Shown here one piece after another: positions 8,461 to 16,789 of a stretch of 41,104 bases of DNA. Origin of the DNA: a virus (Duplodnaviria > Heunggongvirae > Uroviricota > Caudoviricetes); the IMG/VR virus record IMGVR_UViG_2617270992_000014; one strand, 5' to 3'. The translations under genes and the position numbers were made by a program. Within the stretch, counting starts at the first letter, position 1, and every line of letters starts with the position of its first letter. The notes below the pieces were generated by a model. The model was given only the letters and a program-made list of their open reading frames with translations, did not search any database and had not been told where the DNA came from.

Positions 8461-8914
8461 GCAGCAAATCCGGCAGGTCTGCCGCCAGTGCATGGACCGT
8501 TGCAGGGCAGGTGAAACATGGCCTCCGGACCTGGCTGAGTTTGTGGCGCTGATTTCGGAGAGCGGGGCAAATCCATTTGGTCTGACGGTGGATAACGTGA
8601 TGGAGGAGTACCGACGCTGGCGCAACGAGTCCTGGCGATACGACGGAAGCGATAAATACCCGTGGTCTCAGCCTGTGCTGTATCACATTTGTCTCGAGAT
8701 GCGTTCCAAGGGGATTGAGCGCCAGATGACCGAGGGGGAGTTAAAACGGCTTGCAGAACGGCAGCTGACGAAATGGGCAAAGCATGTTGGTAACGGACTG
8801 AGTGTTCCACCCGTCCGTAGGCAACTGGCAGCACCCATACGTCCTGCGGGACCAACGCCAATTGAGTTGCTGAAACAGGAATATGAACGCCGGAAAGCGG
8901 CTGGGTTTGTTTGA
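8249..8914 (+). CDS. Replication protein P-like (helicase-loader homologue); start uncertain (8249 with strong SD, or 8453)
   Basis: Segments [26 protein letters not shown] and [18 protein letters not shown] resemble lambda P as recalled. AAGGGGG sits 6 nt upstream of the ATG at 8249; ATG at 8453 overlaps the O-like stop. Confidence 0.6.
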   Translation: MQQHQVAPHHGQFRKFGQHVSSGNVKTDLSATETAWKLWELMGEVYSNRWTQKNGAAPSKLWIAQIGAMTEQQIRQVCRQCMDRCRAGETWPPDLAEFVALISESGANPFGLTVDNVMEEYRRWRNESWRYDGSDKYPWSQPVLYHICLEMRSKGIERQMTEGELKRLAERQLTKWAKHVGNGLSVPPVRRQLAAPIRPAGPTPIELLKQEYERRKAAGFV

Positions 8915-8946
8915 GTTGAGAAGTAATTTTTACCGGGAGGAAATTT

Positions 8947-9717
8947 ATGGAGACTGTTTTTGACGCACTGAAAGCGATGGGAAAAGCCACGTCGGTAGAG
9001 CTGGCTGCGCGACTTGATATCAGTCGTGAAGAAGTACTGAACGAGCTGTGGGAACTGAAAAAGGCTGGCTTCGTTGATAAAAGCGTATACACCTGGCGTG
9101 TGGCTGGTGAAGGTGAATCCGGGGTAGCCGAAGAGCAGCCAGCACAATCTGAAGTACAGGATGTGCTAACCAGGGAGGTCGAACGAAAAGTTACCGCTGA
9201 CATGATGATTGAGTTTATCGGTCAGGAGGGCGCTAAAACGTGTGAGGAACTGGCGGGTAAGTTCGGTGTCAGCACTCGCAAGGTTGCTTCCACGCTGGCG
9301 GTAGTAACCGCAACGGGGCGGCTGGCACGCGTAAACCAGAACGGTAAATTTCGCTACTGCATGCCGGGCGAGAATTTACCAGTAAAGCCGAAAGTCGCAT
9401 CGGTAACGGAGAATGATGGTAAAGCCTTTCCTCAGCCAGCCGGCATTGCGTTACCAGTACAGGAAGCTGCAACACAGGAAGATATTAAAACAGAAACTGT
9501 AGCGGACATTGTGCAGTCGCTGCCATCGTTTACTGCAACGCGAGCTGATGATTTGATTTTGCCATCGCTGCATTTGGCAAACCGCGAACTGCGTCGGGCG
9601 AAAAATCATGTCCAGAAGTGGGAGCGTGTCTGCGCTGCGCTGCGGGAGCTGAACAGGCACCGGGATATTGTCCGACAGATTTTCGATTCCTCCAGTCGTA
9701 TTGTGTCGGAAAAGTGA
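8947..9717 (+). CDS. Hypothetical protein with two winged-helix-like segments
   Basis: 256-aa ORF with GGAGG-type SD; [31 protein letters not shown] and [24 protein letters not shown] resemble wHTH modules; function unknown. Confidence 0.5.
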   Translation: METVFDALKAMGKATSVELAARLDISREEVLNELWELKKAGFVDKSVYTWRVAGEGESGVAEEQPAQSEVQDVLTREVERKVTADMMIEFIGQEGAKTCEELAGKFGVSTRKVASTLAVVTATGRLARVNQNGKFRYCMPGENLPVKPKVASVTENDGKAFPQPAGIALPVQEAATQEDIKTETVADIVQSLPSFTATRADDLILPSLHLANRELRRAKNHVQKWERVCAALRELNRHRDIVRQIFDSSSRIVSEK

Positions 9718-10155
9718 TTGCCGGAGGCACCTATGGCAAAAGTATTTACACAAGAAGAGCGAGAAAAAATTAAAGGGCAGGTTGTTGAACTCGTACGCCA
9801 GAGTGGGCGTGAGACGTTACGGCAACTGGAAGTCAAGACAGGTGCGACAAGATATCTGATGAGCGTTCTCGCAAGAGAGCTGGTTGCCAGTGGGGATGTA
9901 TACAACTCTGGCTACGGGTTATTCCCGTCAGAACAGGCTCGTAAGGACTGGCAAAACGCCCGCAAAAAACTCTCGAGGGCAAAGCTGAAGAAAACGGCTG
10001 TGGTTGATCCGGACCTTATCTGGTCGTTACCAGACGGAGAAATACGCCGCTACGACAGGCGTCAGAACATAATCTGTCGCGAGTGCCGGAAAGGCAAGGT
10101 TATGCAGCGCGTACTGGCGTTTTATCAGGGGAATTTTGAGGAGGAGGTGCGGTGA
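9718..10155 (+). CDS. Hypothetical protein with winged-helix-like segment (possible paralogue of the preceding gene's module)
   Basis: 145-aa ORF; RETLRQLEVKTGATRYLMSVLARELVASGDV follows the same pattern as the previous gene's module; C-terminal CRECRKGK. Confidence 0.5.
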   Translation: MPEAPMAKVFTQEEREKIKGQVVELVRQSGRETLRQLEVKTGATRYLMSVLARELVASGDVYNSGYGLFPSEQARKDWQNARKKLSRAKLKKTAVVDPDLIWSLPDGEIRRYDRRQNIICRECRKGKVMQRVLAFYQGNFEEEVR

Positions 10156-10406
10156 GTGAATCAAAATGCCAGGTTAATGGCAATCAGATAGAACCATGTG
10201 CGGCACTGGCAAAAGCCCTTGAGCATGATGCTGAATACACGACGCGAAAAGGTCTGCTGATATACAAAATCTGGAATGAGAATTTAACTCGCGGCCCTGA
10301 TTTGGTGATGTTGCGTTCCGGTGAATTTTCTAAATCACCAGTGCGGGTTTCATTTTGTCCGTTCTGTGGTGAAAGTCTGAAAACGTGGGAGAACAGAAAT
10401 GAATGA
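10152..10406 (+). CDS. Hypothetical small protein with CPFCG motif
   Basis: 84-aa ORF overlapping the upstream stop by 4 nt; Cys residues near both termini suggest a small zinc-binding fold. Confidence 0.45.
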   Translation: MSESKCQVNGNQIEPCAALAKALEHDAEYTTRKGLLIYKIWNENLTRGPDLVMLRSGEFSKSPVRVSFCPFCGESLKTWENRNE

Positions 10407-10710
10407 AATTAAAGAAATACCAGTAGTACGTGATGAATATGGCTGCTGGACGCATCCTGAATATGAAAAATTCTGTGATGGTAGAGAACATATTTCAACG
10501 GAAGAGTTTAACGCATGGATGGAGGAAAATAATCTTCAGTGGACCATCAGAACTATGGATGAAGATGATTTTAATCTGGACGCAGATGGTCCCGATATTG
10601 CCTCCTGGAAACCGGAACGACCAGAGGGCGATGGATGGTTTATTGGTTCAATACATGACACCGAAGATGGCCCGGTTTGTGTCTGGTTGCGAAATAAGGC
10701 TGAAGCGTAA
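10399..10710 (+). CDS. Hypothetical acidic protein
   Basis: 103-aa ORF overlapping the previous gene by 8 nt; Trp- and acidic-residue-rich; no recognised domain. Confidence 0.5.
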   Translation: MNEIKEIPVVRDEYGCWTHPEYEKFCDGREHISTEEFNAWMEENNLQWTIRTMDEDDFNLDADGPDIASWKPERPEGDGWFIGSIHDTEDGPVCVWLRNKAEA

Positions 10711-10907
10711 AGGCGATAAATCACCTGGCAACAAAACACTGAAAATTTAAATCAGAAGTGGTTTTTATTAAATCCTTAACCGGAGGGATTCCTGCACCCT
10801 CAAATCATCCGGAGGCCGCCCGAAAGGGCGGTAATAAAAATGGCAGAACTAACTAAAGAATGGTTGCAACAAACAATTACTGATATTCAGATCAATTGAG
10901 GTGAGAA

Positions 10908-11078
10908 ATGCGGATGGAAAATTGTTTATTGCCGTATCTGGTGCGGTTTGGGGCGTCGTCATTAACAGTTATTCCACATGTCATGATGGCTGACAATATT
11001 ATCCCGGCACCAAAGCGCCATACCGGTATTGCAGCGGCGCGACGTGCAGCAAAGAAACGCAGGAGAGCAAAACGATGA
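10908..11078 (+). CDS. Hypothetical 56-aa protein with Arg/Lys-rich C-terminal tail
   Basis: Own translation of an ORF below the track's length cut-off: MRMENCLLPYLVRFGASSL...RRAAKKRRRAKR; GAGG upstream; stop overlaps the next ATG. Confidence 0.3.
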   Translation: MRMENCLLPYLVRFGASSLTVIPHVMMADNIIPAPKRHTGIAAARRAAKKRRRAKR

Positions 11079-11263
11079 AAAACCGTAAAGCAAAGATTCT
11101 GTTAGCTCGCAGAAACGGTGTTGGGGTCTGGCGATGGTTGAGGATTAGTAACAGACGAGTGAGGTTGACGGGGTGTTGCGGGGTGATGGGTCACAGCTGT
11201 TGCAAAAAGCCCAGCGCGGCGCAAAACCGCTGGAAAAACCACGGGCGCACTAAAGGAGAGTGA
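11075..11263 (+). CDS. Hypothetical small basic Cys-rich protein
   Basis: 62-aa ORF with AGGAG 9 nt upstream, coupled to the previous small ORF; CCGVMGHSCC motif. Confidence 0.3.
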   Translation: MKNRKAKILLARRNGVGVWRWLRISNRRVRLTGCCGVMGHSCCKKPSAAQNRWKNHGRTKGE

Positions 11264-11264
11264 T

Positions 11265-11528
11265 ATGGCAACTTTGACAAAAAAAGAACAAGCATGGTTG
11301 AACGAATTACAGGACGTTCTTGATCGCTGTCCGTCACCGAAAAAAATTGGTTTTTACACCATTGGCGATAAAAACATTTACCTGTATGACCTACGCCGCA
11401 TGGATGTAATCATGGAGGCTCTTGATAATCGTTCGTCGATGGATTGGTGTGCTGCTGTCCATGATATGAATGCCGGATTTGATGAAACGATTTTGTTCCC
11501 CTCGTCAGTTGAAAGCACTGCGGGTTAA
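11265..11528 (+). CDS. Hypothetical protein
   Basis: 87-aa ORF starting 2 nt after the previous stop; no recognised domain. Confidence 0.45.
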   Translation: MATLTKKEQAWLNELQDVLDRCPSPKKIGFYTIGDKNIYLYDLRRMDVIMEALDNRSSMDWCAAVHDMNAGFDETILFPSSVESTAG

Positions 11529-11538
11529 GGAGTAACAA

Positions 11539-12162
11539 ATGACCACCTTTACCAAAGAACAGTTAATCTCCCATGCACGCGAAAGCGTTAGTTATCTGGA
11601 AAACGTGAAAGGACGCGTTAGCAAAGAAGGTGCGGACTGCAAAGTTGTTCTTGAGATGGTTGAACGAGATCTAGAACTGGCACGAATCGCACTGACATCG
11701 CTTGAAGCAGAGCCAGTTGCAGTAAACGACGACATGGCTTACGCATTCCATCACGCACTGTCAGATTCATCGCCAGGTGCTGATGAGGTAGAGGAAATTA
11801 AGGCCGGGTTGCGTGCAGCCTTTGCCAATGTCACCACCCAACCAGCACCAGTAGTGCCGGAATTTGAAACATGGTTTAACAGCCAGGAGTCAGGGAGGAG
11901 TATATGCAGCACACAGATTCGTCGTTCCCTTCAGGAAATTTCATGGAACGCCTGCTGCGCCGCCATGCTTCAGGGGAAAGGCGATGGTATCCTCACCAAT
12001 GAGGATACCAAAGGGGGCGTTCAGGTACGGGAATTAACAATGCTGATTAAACAACTGGTTAGCCAATTGAGGAAAGCGAAGCCGGACTGCAAATTACCGG
12101 AGAAGGCGATGGTCTACCTGAAGCGAAACGGACTGATAAACGCGGAGGATATTTTACGATGA
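11539..12162 (+). CDS. Hypothetical protein
   Basis: 207-aa ORF with AGGAG-type SD (TTAAGGAGTAACAAATG); no recognised domain. Confidence 0.5.
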   Translation: MTTFTKEQLISHARESVSYLENVKGRVSKEGADCKVVLEMVERDLELARIALTSLEAEPVAVNDDMAYAFHHALSDSSPGADEVEEIKAGLRAAFANVTTQPAPVVPEFETWFNSQESGRSICSTQIRRSLQEISWNACCAAMLQGKGDGILTNEDTKGGVQVRELTMLIKQLVSQLRKAKPDCKLPEKAMVYLKRNGLINAEDILR

Positions 12163-12242
12163 CCTGGCCTGAAGCATTCACCACGGTAGGAATCGCAATG
12201 GCGGTGGCGCTGATTGTGTATTCGATTTGCCGCTGGGGATAA
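12159..12242 (+). CDS. Candidate 27-aa hydrophobic membrane peptide
   Basis: Own translation MTWPEAFTTVGIAMAVALIVYSICRWG; GGAGGA 9 nt upstream; ATG overlaps the upstream TGA. Below the ORF-track cut-off. Confidence 0.3.
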   Translation: MTWPEAFTTVGIAMAVALIVYSICRWG

Positions 12243-12453
12243 AAACGGTTTGCGGGAAAAAGGGAGTTAAGTAAAATTGCTGCGGGTGCTTGAGGCTATC
12301 TGTCTCAGGCATGAACACCAAAAGGCAGATAGAGAAAAGCCCCAGTTAACATTACGCGTCCTGCAAGACGCTTAACATTAATCTGAGGCCCAATCTATGT
12401 CTCACAAATGTAGGTTAGCCTCTTACGCGCCGAAAGGCAAGGAGAAGCAGGCT

Positions 12454-12609
12454 ATGAAGCAGCAAAAGGCGATGTTAATCGTCCTGATCGTCATCTGTTT
12501 AACCGTCATAGCGACGGTACTGGTAACGAGGAAAGACCTCTGCGAGGTACGAATCCGAACCGGCCAGACGGAGGTCGCTGTCTTCACAGCTTACGAACCT
12601 GAGGAGTAA
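12454..12609 (+). CDS. hok: Hok/Gef-family type I toxin (small membrane peptide)
   Basis: MKQQKAMLIVLIVICLTVIATVLVTRKDLCEVRIRTGQTEVAVFTAYEPEE is near-identical in pattern to HokD/RelF-type toxins as recalled; AAGGAG upstream. The track ORF extends upstream to 12397 in the same frame. Confidence 0.8.
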   Translation: MKQQKAMLIVLIVICLTVIATVLVTRKDLCEVRIRTGQTEVAVFTAYEPEE

Positions 12610-12751
12610 GAGACCAGGCGAGGGAGAAACCCCTCGCCACCTCTGATGAGTCAGGCATCCTCAATGCACCCACACTTAACCCGCTTCGGCGTTTTTCCGT
12701 TGATTAACTCTAGTTATCAGAGAACCGAACTTTTACTGATGGGGCAGGGAG

Positions 12752-13144
12752 ATGAAGAAACTTGTTTTAGTTGCAGGTGTAATGATTGCAACAGTAATGT
12801 TGGGAGGGTGTGCAGCAAAGATCGATCCTGCGTTGAAAGCAGAAGCAATGAAACCACTAACATGTAAAGATGAAAAGCAATGTGACTTTTATTGGAAACG
12901 AGCGCAATTCTGGTTGGCTAATAATTCCTCATGGAAAATTCAAACGGCGACAGACACGCTAATTTCCACTTATAACCCTTCACCAAATAGCCCATTCCTC
13001 GCTTATCAAGTGAGTAAAATGCCAAATGAAGATGGATCCGCAAGAATTTTCATCAAGCCTTTTTGCGATAATATGTTTGGCTGTCAACCAAACCCCTATC
13101 AGGCAATAGTTTCCTTTAAAAACTTCGTTAAAACTGGGCAGTAA
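12752..13144 (+). CDS. AT-rich lipoprotein of unknown function
   Basis: 130-aa ORF with a signal peptide and lipobox (VMLGGC); coding region visibly AT-richer than its surroundings; followed by an intrinsic terminator. Confidence 0.65.
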   Translation: MKKLVLVAGVMIATVMLGGCAAKIDPALKAEAMKPLTCKDEKQCDFYWKRAQFWLANNSSWKIQTATDTLISTYNPSPNSPFLAYQVSKMPNEDGSARIFIKPFCDNMFGCQPNPYQAIVSFKNFVKTGQ

Positions 13145-13274
13145 TGTATAGAGGGACGGTAAATTATTAGTGAAAACGCTGTAAACCCTATGGATTGAGT
13201 CAGGATTTAATCCGATAATTATTCTATCGTTCCTTTACAAGTCCGGCATATTACCTTCAGTTTGTTTTAGTATA

Positions 13275-13300
13275 CCCGCTTCGGCGGGTTTTGTTTTTTT
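13275..13300 (+). terminator. Intrinsic terminator after the lipoprotein gene
   Basis: CCCGC-TTCG-GCGGG hairpin followed by TTTTGTTTTTTT. Confidence 0.7.
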
Positions 13301-13371
13301 CTGGCATTCTGGTTTACAATACGCACGCCAGCCTGAACAACTGGCACCTGCTGCGCCAGCAGAGACAACCG

Positions 13372-13650
13372 ATGGCGCACGATACCAAATTACACAATTC
13401 TGATGATTCAGCCGTCTTTGCCAGCAGGCACGGGCGGTGCTCTCATGCATTCAAATCTGACTGGTTCCGGCACGACCCATGCACTGAAGAACAGGCCGAA
13501 TGGCTAATTCAGAACTACCGCAGACGTGGTTACGAGTTTCAGAAAGACCTCAGTCTTGATTTCCGACACTGGATAATCTCAGTCAGACTTCCTTACTCCG
13601 AACGCCCACCGCGTCCGTCCCGCACATTCCAGCAACGCATCTGGAGGTAA
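13372..13650 (+). CDS. Hypothetical protein upstream of the DUF968 gene (start uncertain)
   Basis: ORF whose stop sits 2 nt before the DUF968 start. The track's start at 13291 (TTG) lies inside the terminator T-run; the first ATG is at 13372. Confidence 0.4.
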   Translation: MAHDTKLHNSDDSAVFASRHGRCSHAFKSDWFRHDPCTEEQAEWLIQNYRRRGYEFQKDLSLDFRHWIISVRLPYSERPPRPSRTFQQRIWR

Positions 13651-13651
13651 C

Positions 13652-14710
13652 GTGCGGGTATTAGTGACTCCTGAAATTGCTCACCGTCTGGGGATTGTAC
13701 TTTTCAGGCCCGGTCCTGATGCGATGCCTTTGTTTATGCAGGGGCGTGTGCTGGTGGAGCCGGAACCCAAAAGCATGCGAGGTTTGCCATCCGGAGTCGT
13801 TCCTGCCGTTCGCCAGCCGCTGGCGGAGGATAAATCATTACTGCCATTTTTCAGCGATGAGCGGGTAATTCGTGCTGCCGGTGGCACTGGTGCACTGTCT
13901 GACTGGCTCCTGCGTCATGTTAAATCCTGCCAGTGGCCTCATAGTGACTACCATCACAGTGAAATCGTCATACATCGTTATGGTACCGGAGCGATGGTGT
14001 TGTGCTGGCACTGCGACAACCAACTGCGTGACCAGACATCCGAATCACTCGAGCAACTTGCTCATCAAAATCTGTCTGCATGGATGATTGACGTCATACG
14101 CAATGCAATGAATGGTACGCAAGAGCGGGAATTATCGCTGGCTGAGTTATCCTGGTGGGCGGTCTGCAATCAGGTGGCGGGCGCGCTACCGGAGGCAGTA
14201 TTACGTCGTTCGTTGGGATTACGTACGGAAAAAATCCGCTCTGTGTACCGTGAGAGCGACATCGTACCGGGAGAACAGACAGCCACCAGCATACTGAAGC
14301 AGCGCACAAAAAATATTGTGCTACCGCCTCACGCCCACCAGCAACAGAACTCACCACAGGAAAAGACGGTGGTCAGCATTGTCGTTGATCCGGAGTCTCC
14401 GACTCAGTATCTCCAGCGTCAGAAACCACAGCGGGAAGAGATGCCCGTATACACGCGCTGGGTAAAAACGCAGAAATGCATGACTTGTGGCAATCAGGCA
14501 GATGATCCGCATCACATCATTGGCTATGGACTGGGAGGGATGGGAACAAAGACTGACGATTTGTTTGTTATTCCGCTGTGCCGTAAATGTCATAACGAAC
14601 TGCACGCCGGGGTAAAAGATTTTGAAGAAAAACACGGCAGCCAGCTGTTGTTGCTGATTCGTTTTTTAATGCACGCGAGAAATTCGGGTGTCCTGAAGTG
14701 GAAAGCATGA
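13652..14710 (+). CDS. DUF968-family protein (YdfU-like) with C-terminal HNH-like Cys/His motif
   Basis: 352-aa ORF; C-terminal CMTCGNQADDPHHIIGYGLGGMGTKTDDLFVIPLCRKCHNELH; sits immediately upstream of rusA as DUF968 genes do in lambdoid prophages (from memory). Confidence 0.7.
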   Translation: MRVLVTPEIAHRLGIVLFRPGPDAMPLFMQGRVLVEPEPKSMRGLPSGVVPAVRQPLAEDKSLLPFFSDERVIRAAGGTGALSDWLLRHVKSCQWPHSDYHHSEIVIHRYGTGAMVLCWHCDNQLRDQTSESLEQLAHQNLSAWMIDVIRNAMNGTQERELSLAELSWWAVCNQVAGALPEAVLRRSLGLRTEKIRSVYRESDIVPGEQTATSILKQRTKNIVLPPHAHQQQNSPQEKTVVSIVVDPESPTQYLQRQKPQREEMPVYTRWVKTQKCMTCGNQADDPHHIIGYGLGGMGTKTDDLFVIPLCRKCHNELHAGVKDFEEKHGSQLLLLIRFLMHARNSGVLKWKA

Positions 14711-15076
14711 ATGACTGAACGCATAGAATTTGTTTTGCCTTACCCGCCGACGGTGAACACCTACTGGCGACGTCGTGGCAGTACATATTTTGTATCAAAA
14801 GCCGGTGAGCGTTATCGCCGTGATGTGGCGCTCATTGTTCGCCAGCAGCGACTGAAATTGAACCTGTCCGGAAGGCTGGCAATAAAAATTATTGCAGAGC
14901 CGCCGGATAAGCGCCGTCGGGACCTGGACAATATTCTGAAAGCACCACTGGATGCACTGACACATGCGGGGCTGCTCATAGACGATGAGCAGTTTGATGA
15001 AATCAATATTGTGCGCGGTCAGGTCGTTCCTGGTGGTCGGTTGGGGATAAAAATCACAGGGCTGGAGTGCGCATGA
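14711..15076 (+). CDS. rusA: RusA Holliday-junction resolvase
   Basis: 121-aa ORF; PYPPTVNTYWRRRG, RRRDLDNILKAPLDAL and GGRLGIKIT correspond to conserved RusA segments as recalled. Confidence 0.85.
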   Translation: MTERIEFVLPYPPTVNTYWRRRGSTYFVSKAGERYRRDVALIVRQQRLKLNLSGRLAIKIIAEPPDKRRRDLDNILKAPLDALTHAGLLIDDEQFDEINIVRGQVVPGGRLGIKITGLECA

Positions 15077-15762
15077 ATAACCAGTATTTACAGTTTGTGC
15101 GTGAACAGCTCATTATCGCCACCGCCGATTTGAGTGGAGCAACAAAAGGTCAGCTTGAAGCCTGGCAGGAGAATGCCATGTTTGATACAGGGCGTTACAG
15201 GCGTAAAAAAATCCGGTACCGCGATGAAGTGACCGGAAAAATGATCACGCGGGATAATCCACCAATCCCGGGGAAACAATCGCTGGCGAAGGGGACGTCA
15301 ATTCCTCTGGTAAGTCAGGTTGAGTTTTCGACATCATCATGGCGACGGGCAGTTCTGTCTCTTGAAGAACATCATAAAGCCTGGTTGTTGTGGTGTTACA
15401 GCGGAAATATTTGCTGGGAACACCAGATCGCGATAACACAGTGGGCATGGGAAGAGTTTAAGGCTCATTCTGGCAACAGGAAAATTGCAGAGAAAACACG
15501 GGAACGCCTGAAAAAATTAATCTGGCTGGCGGCGCAGGATGTGAAGAGCGAGCTGGCTGGGAGTGAGACTTATGAATATCAGGAACTGGCTGAATTGATG
15601 GGGGTTGCTAAATCCACATGGACAGAGACATACCGACCTCGCTGGGAGATTATGCGTGACTGTGTTACAGGCCTGGACAAAGATGCGCTTATATCGGCAA
15701 TGCACTTACGTTCACAACAAAAGGTATCTAATACCAGGTTAAATATTGCAAAACCGAACTGA
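15073..15762 (+). CDS. Late-gene antiterminator Q (82/Qin-type family)
   Basis: About 230-aa ORF directly downstream of rusA (ATGA overlap), followed by a strong intrinsic terminator as expected for the pR'/tR' region. Family assignment from size, position and partial motif recollection. Confidence 0.7.
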   Translation: MNNQYLQFVREQLIIATADLSGATKGQLEAWQENAMFDTGRYRRKKIRYRDEVTGKMITRDNPPIPGKQSLAKGTSIPLVSQVEFSTSSWRRAVLSLEEHHKAWLLWCYSGNICWEHQIAITQWAWEEFKAHSGNRKIAEKTRERLKKLIWLAAQDVKSELAGSETYEYQELAELMGVAKSTWTETYRPRWEIMRDCVTGLDKDALISAMHLRSQQKVSNTRLNIAKPN

Positions 15763-15826
15763 AAAGTGTATTTTGCGCATAAATCTGATATTTTGCCGAT
15801 TTTGTACGCGATGGCAAAGTAAGCAA

Positions 15827-15852
15827 GCCCCGCCGCTGAGCGGGTTTTTTTA
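15827..15852 (+). terminator. Intrinsic terminator downstream of Q (tR'-like)
   Basis: CCCGC-CGCTGA-GCGGG hairpin followed by a 7-T run, about 65-90 bp after the Q stop. Confidence 0.65.
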
Positions 15853-15897
15853 TGCCTGAAAAACGGTACAAGGGCGTTAAACACGCTGGAGGATTAA

Positions 15898-16134
15898 ATG
15901 GAAGAAAAGCAGCCTTATATTTTCAATCCGGGTATGTCCATGACAGAACTGCAGACATGGCTGGAAAGGCAATCGATGGCAGTATCTTGTTTTAATAAAC
16001 TGGTTGAGGAAAAAGCCGCTATCGAGAAGCGGCTTGAGGAGATTAATCGATATCTTGATTTTTACGCATCGCGAATTTCTGAAGAAAAGTTGAGTTTTGT
16101 TCAGGAGCCCAGTCCTGATCTGACCAGTGAGTAG
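15898..16134 (+). CDS. Hypothetical coiled-coil-like small protein
   Basis: 78-aa ORF with GGAGGA 6 nt upstream of the ATG; 3' end overlaps a convergent minus-strand ORF. Confidence 0.4.
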   Translation: MEEKQPYIFNPGMSMTELQTWLERQSMAVSCFNKLVEEKAAIEKRLEEINRYLDFYASRISEEKLSFVQEPSPDLTSE

Positions 16135-16513
16135 TATCAGTATGTGTGACAGGCAAATTAAGCCCAGTAAGAAACTCGGCAGCTTCTTCGCACATATTAT
16201 CTGGCGTCAGGTACTCTGCAATAACAAAAAGACTGTCACGCAGGGAGAGTTTGCGAATATCTTCCAGCTTCCATTTTGTTATCCTGAAAATCATATGGTG
16301 TAGCGCCTTTCTGTTATCCAGGTGGTAGTGAAGGTGCGCATTTTTTCTTCGGTATTCTTCCAGTACGCATTCCAGCGTAAAAATCTGTCCGATTCGATAC
16401 CACGCTTCACGGTACTGCTGAATGGTCATGTCGAGTAAGACATGCTCTGGAATGTTATTGTTCTGGCATACCTTGAGCTTTATTGCTTGTAGTAAATTGG
16501 AGTAGTCACTCAT
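16043..16513 (-). CDS. Hypothetical protein encoded opposite to the late operon
   Basis: 156-aa ORF, AGAGG 5 nt upstream of the ATG on the minus strand; AT-rich; no recognisable domain. Confidence 0.5.
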   Translation of the reverse strand: MSDYSNLLQAIKLKVCQNNNIPEHVLLDMTIQQYREAWYRIGQIFTLECVLEEYRRKNAHLHYHLDNRKALHHMIFRITKWKLEDIRKLSLRDSLFVIAEYLTPDNMCEEAAEFLTGLNLPVTHTDTTHWSDQDWAPEQNSTFLQKFAMRKNQDID

Positions 16514-16628
16514 AAAAACCTCTGGCTTGATGTTGTTACTTTTGGCGAATTAACGATATCAAAAACGAAAAGTGTAGTTAATACAATGCAATACAATGGA
16601 AGCATGATTTACTTTGCGCTTTGACCCT

Positions 16629-16652
16629 GGGCTCGCTACGGCGGGCCTTTTT
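16629..16652 (+). terminator. Terminator-like hairpin inside the Q-to-lysis island
   Basis: GGCTCGC-TACG-GCGGGCC (7-bp stem with one G-U pair) followed by TTTTT. Confidence 0.4.
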
Positions 16653-16789
16653 CATATTCGCGCCACGCCCGGCGCACATCAAAAACCACAGAGCCTTTCA
16701 GGGGTGAGCTTACGGGATGGTCAGTGTGACTTTCTCTGTGGGCTGGTCACCTCCGGGCGCAGGCTCACCCACTAAAAGGAAAAGTCACG

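Noticed and set aside
8370-9203. 277-aa and other antisense ORFs across the P-like gene and the following gene
   Set aside because: Ser/Pro/Ala-rich low-complexity translations on the strand opposite to two coupled plus-strand genes; no start context.
12646-12867. 73-aa plus-strand ORF overlapping the lipoprotein gene start
   Set aside because: Overlaps the hok 3' stem-loop and the lipoprotein signal-peptide region in another frame; the lipoprotein frame has the coherent signal-peptide/lipobox structure.
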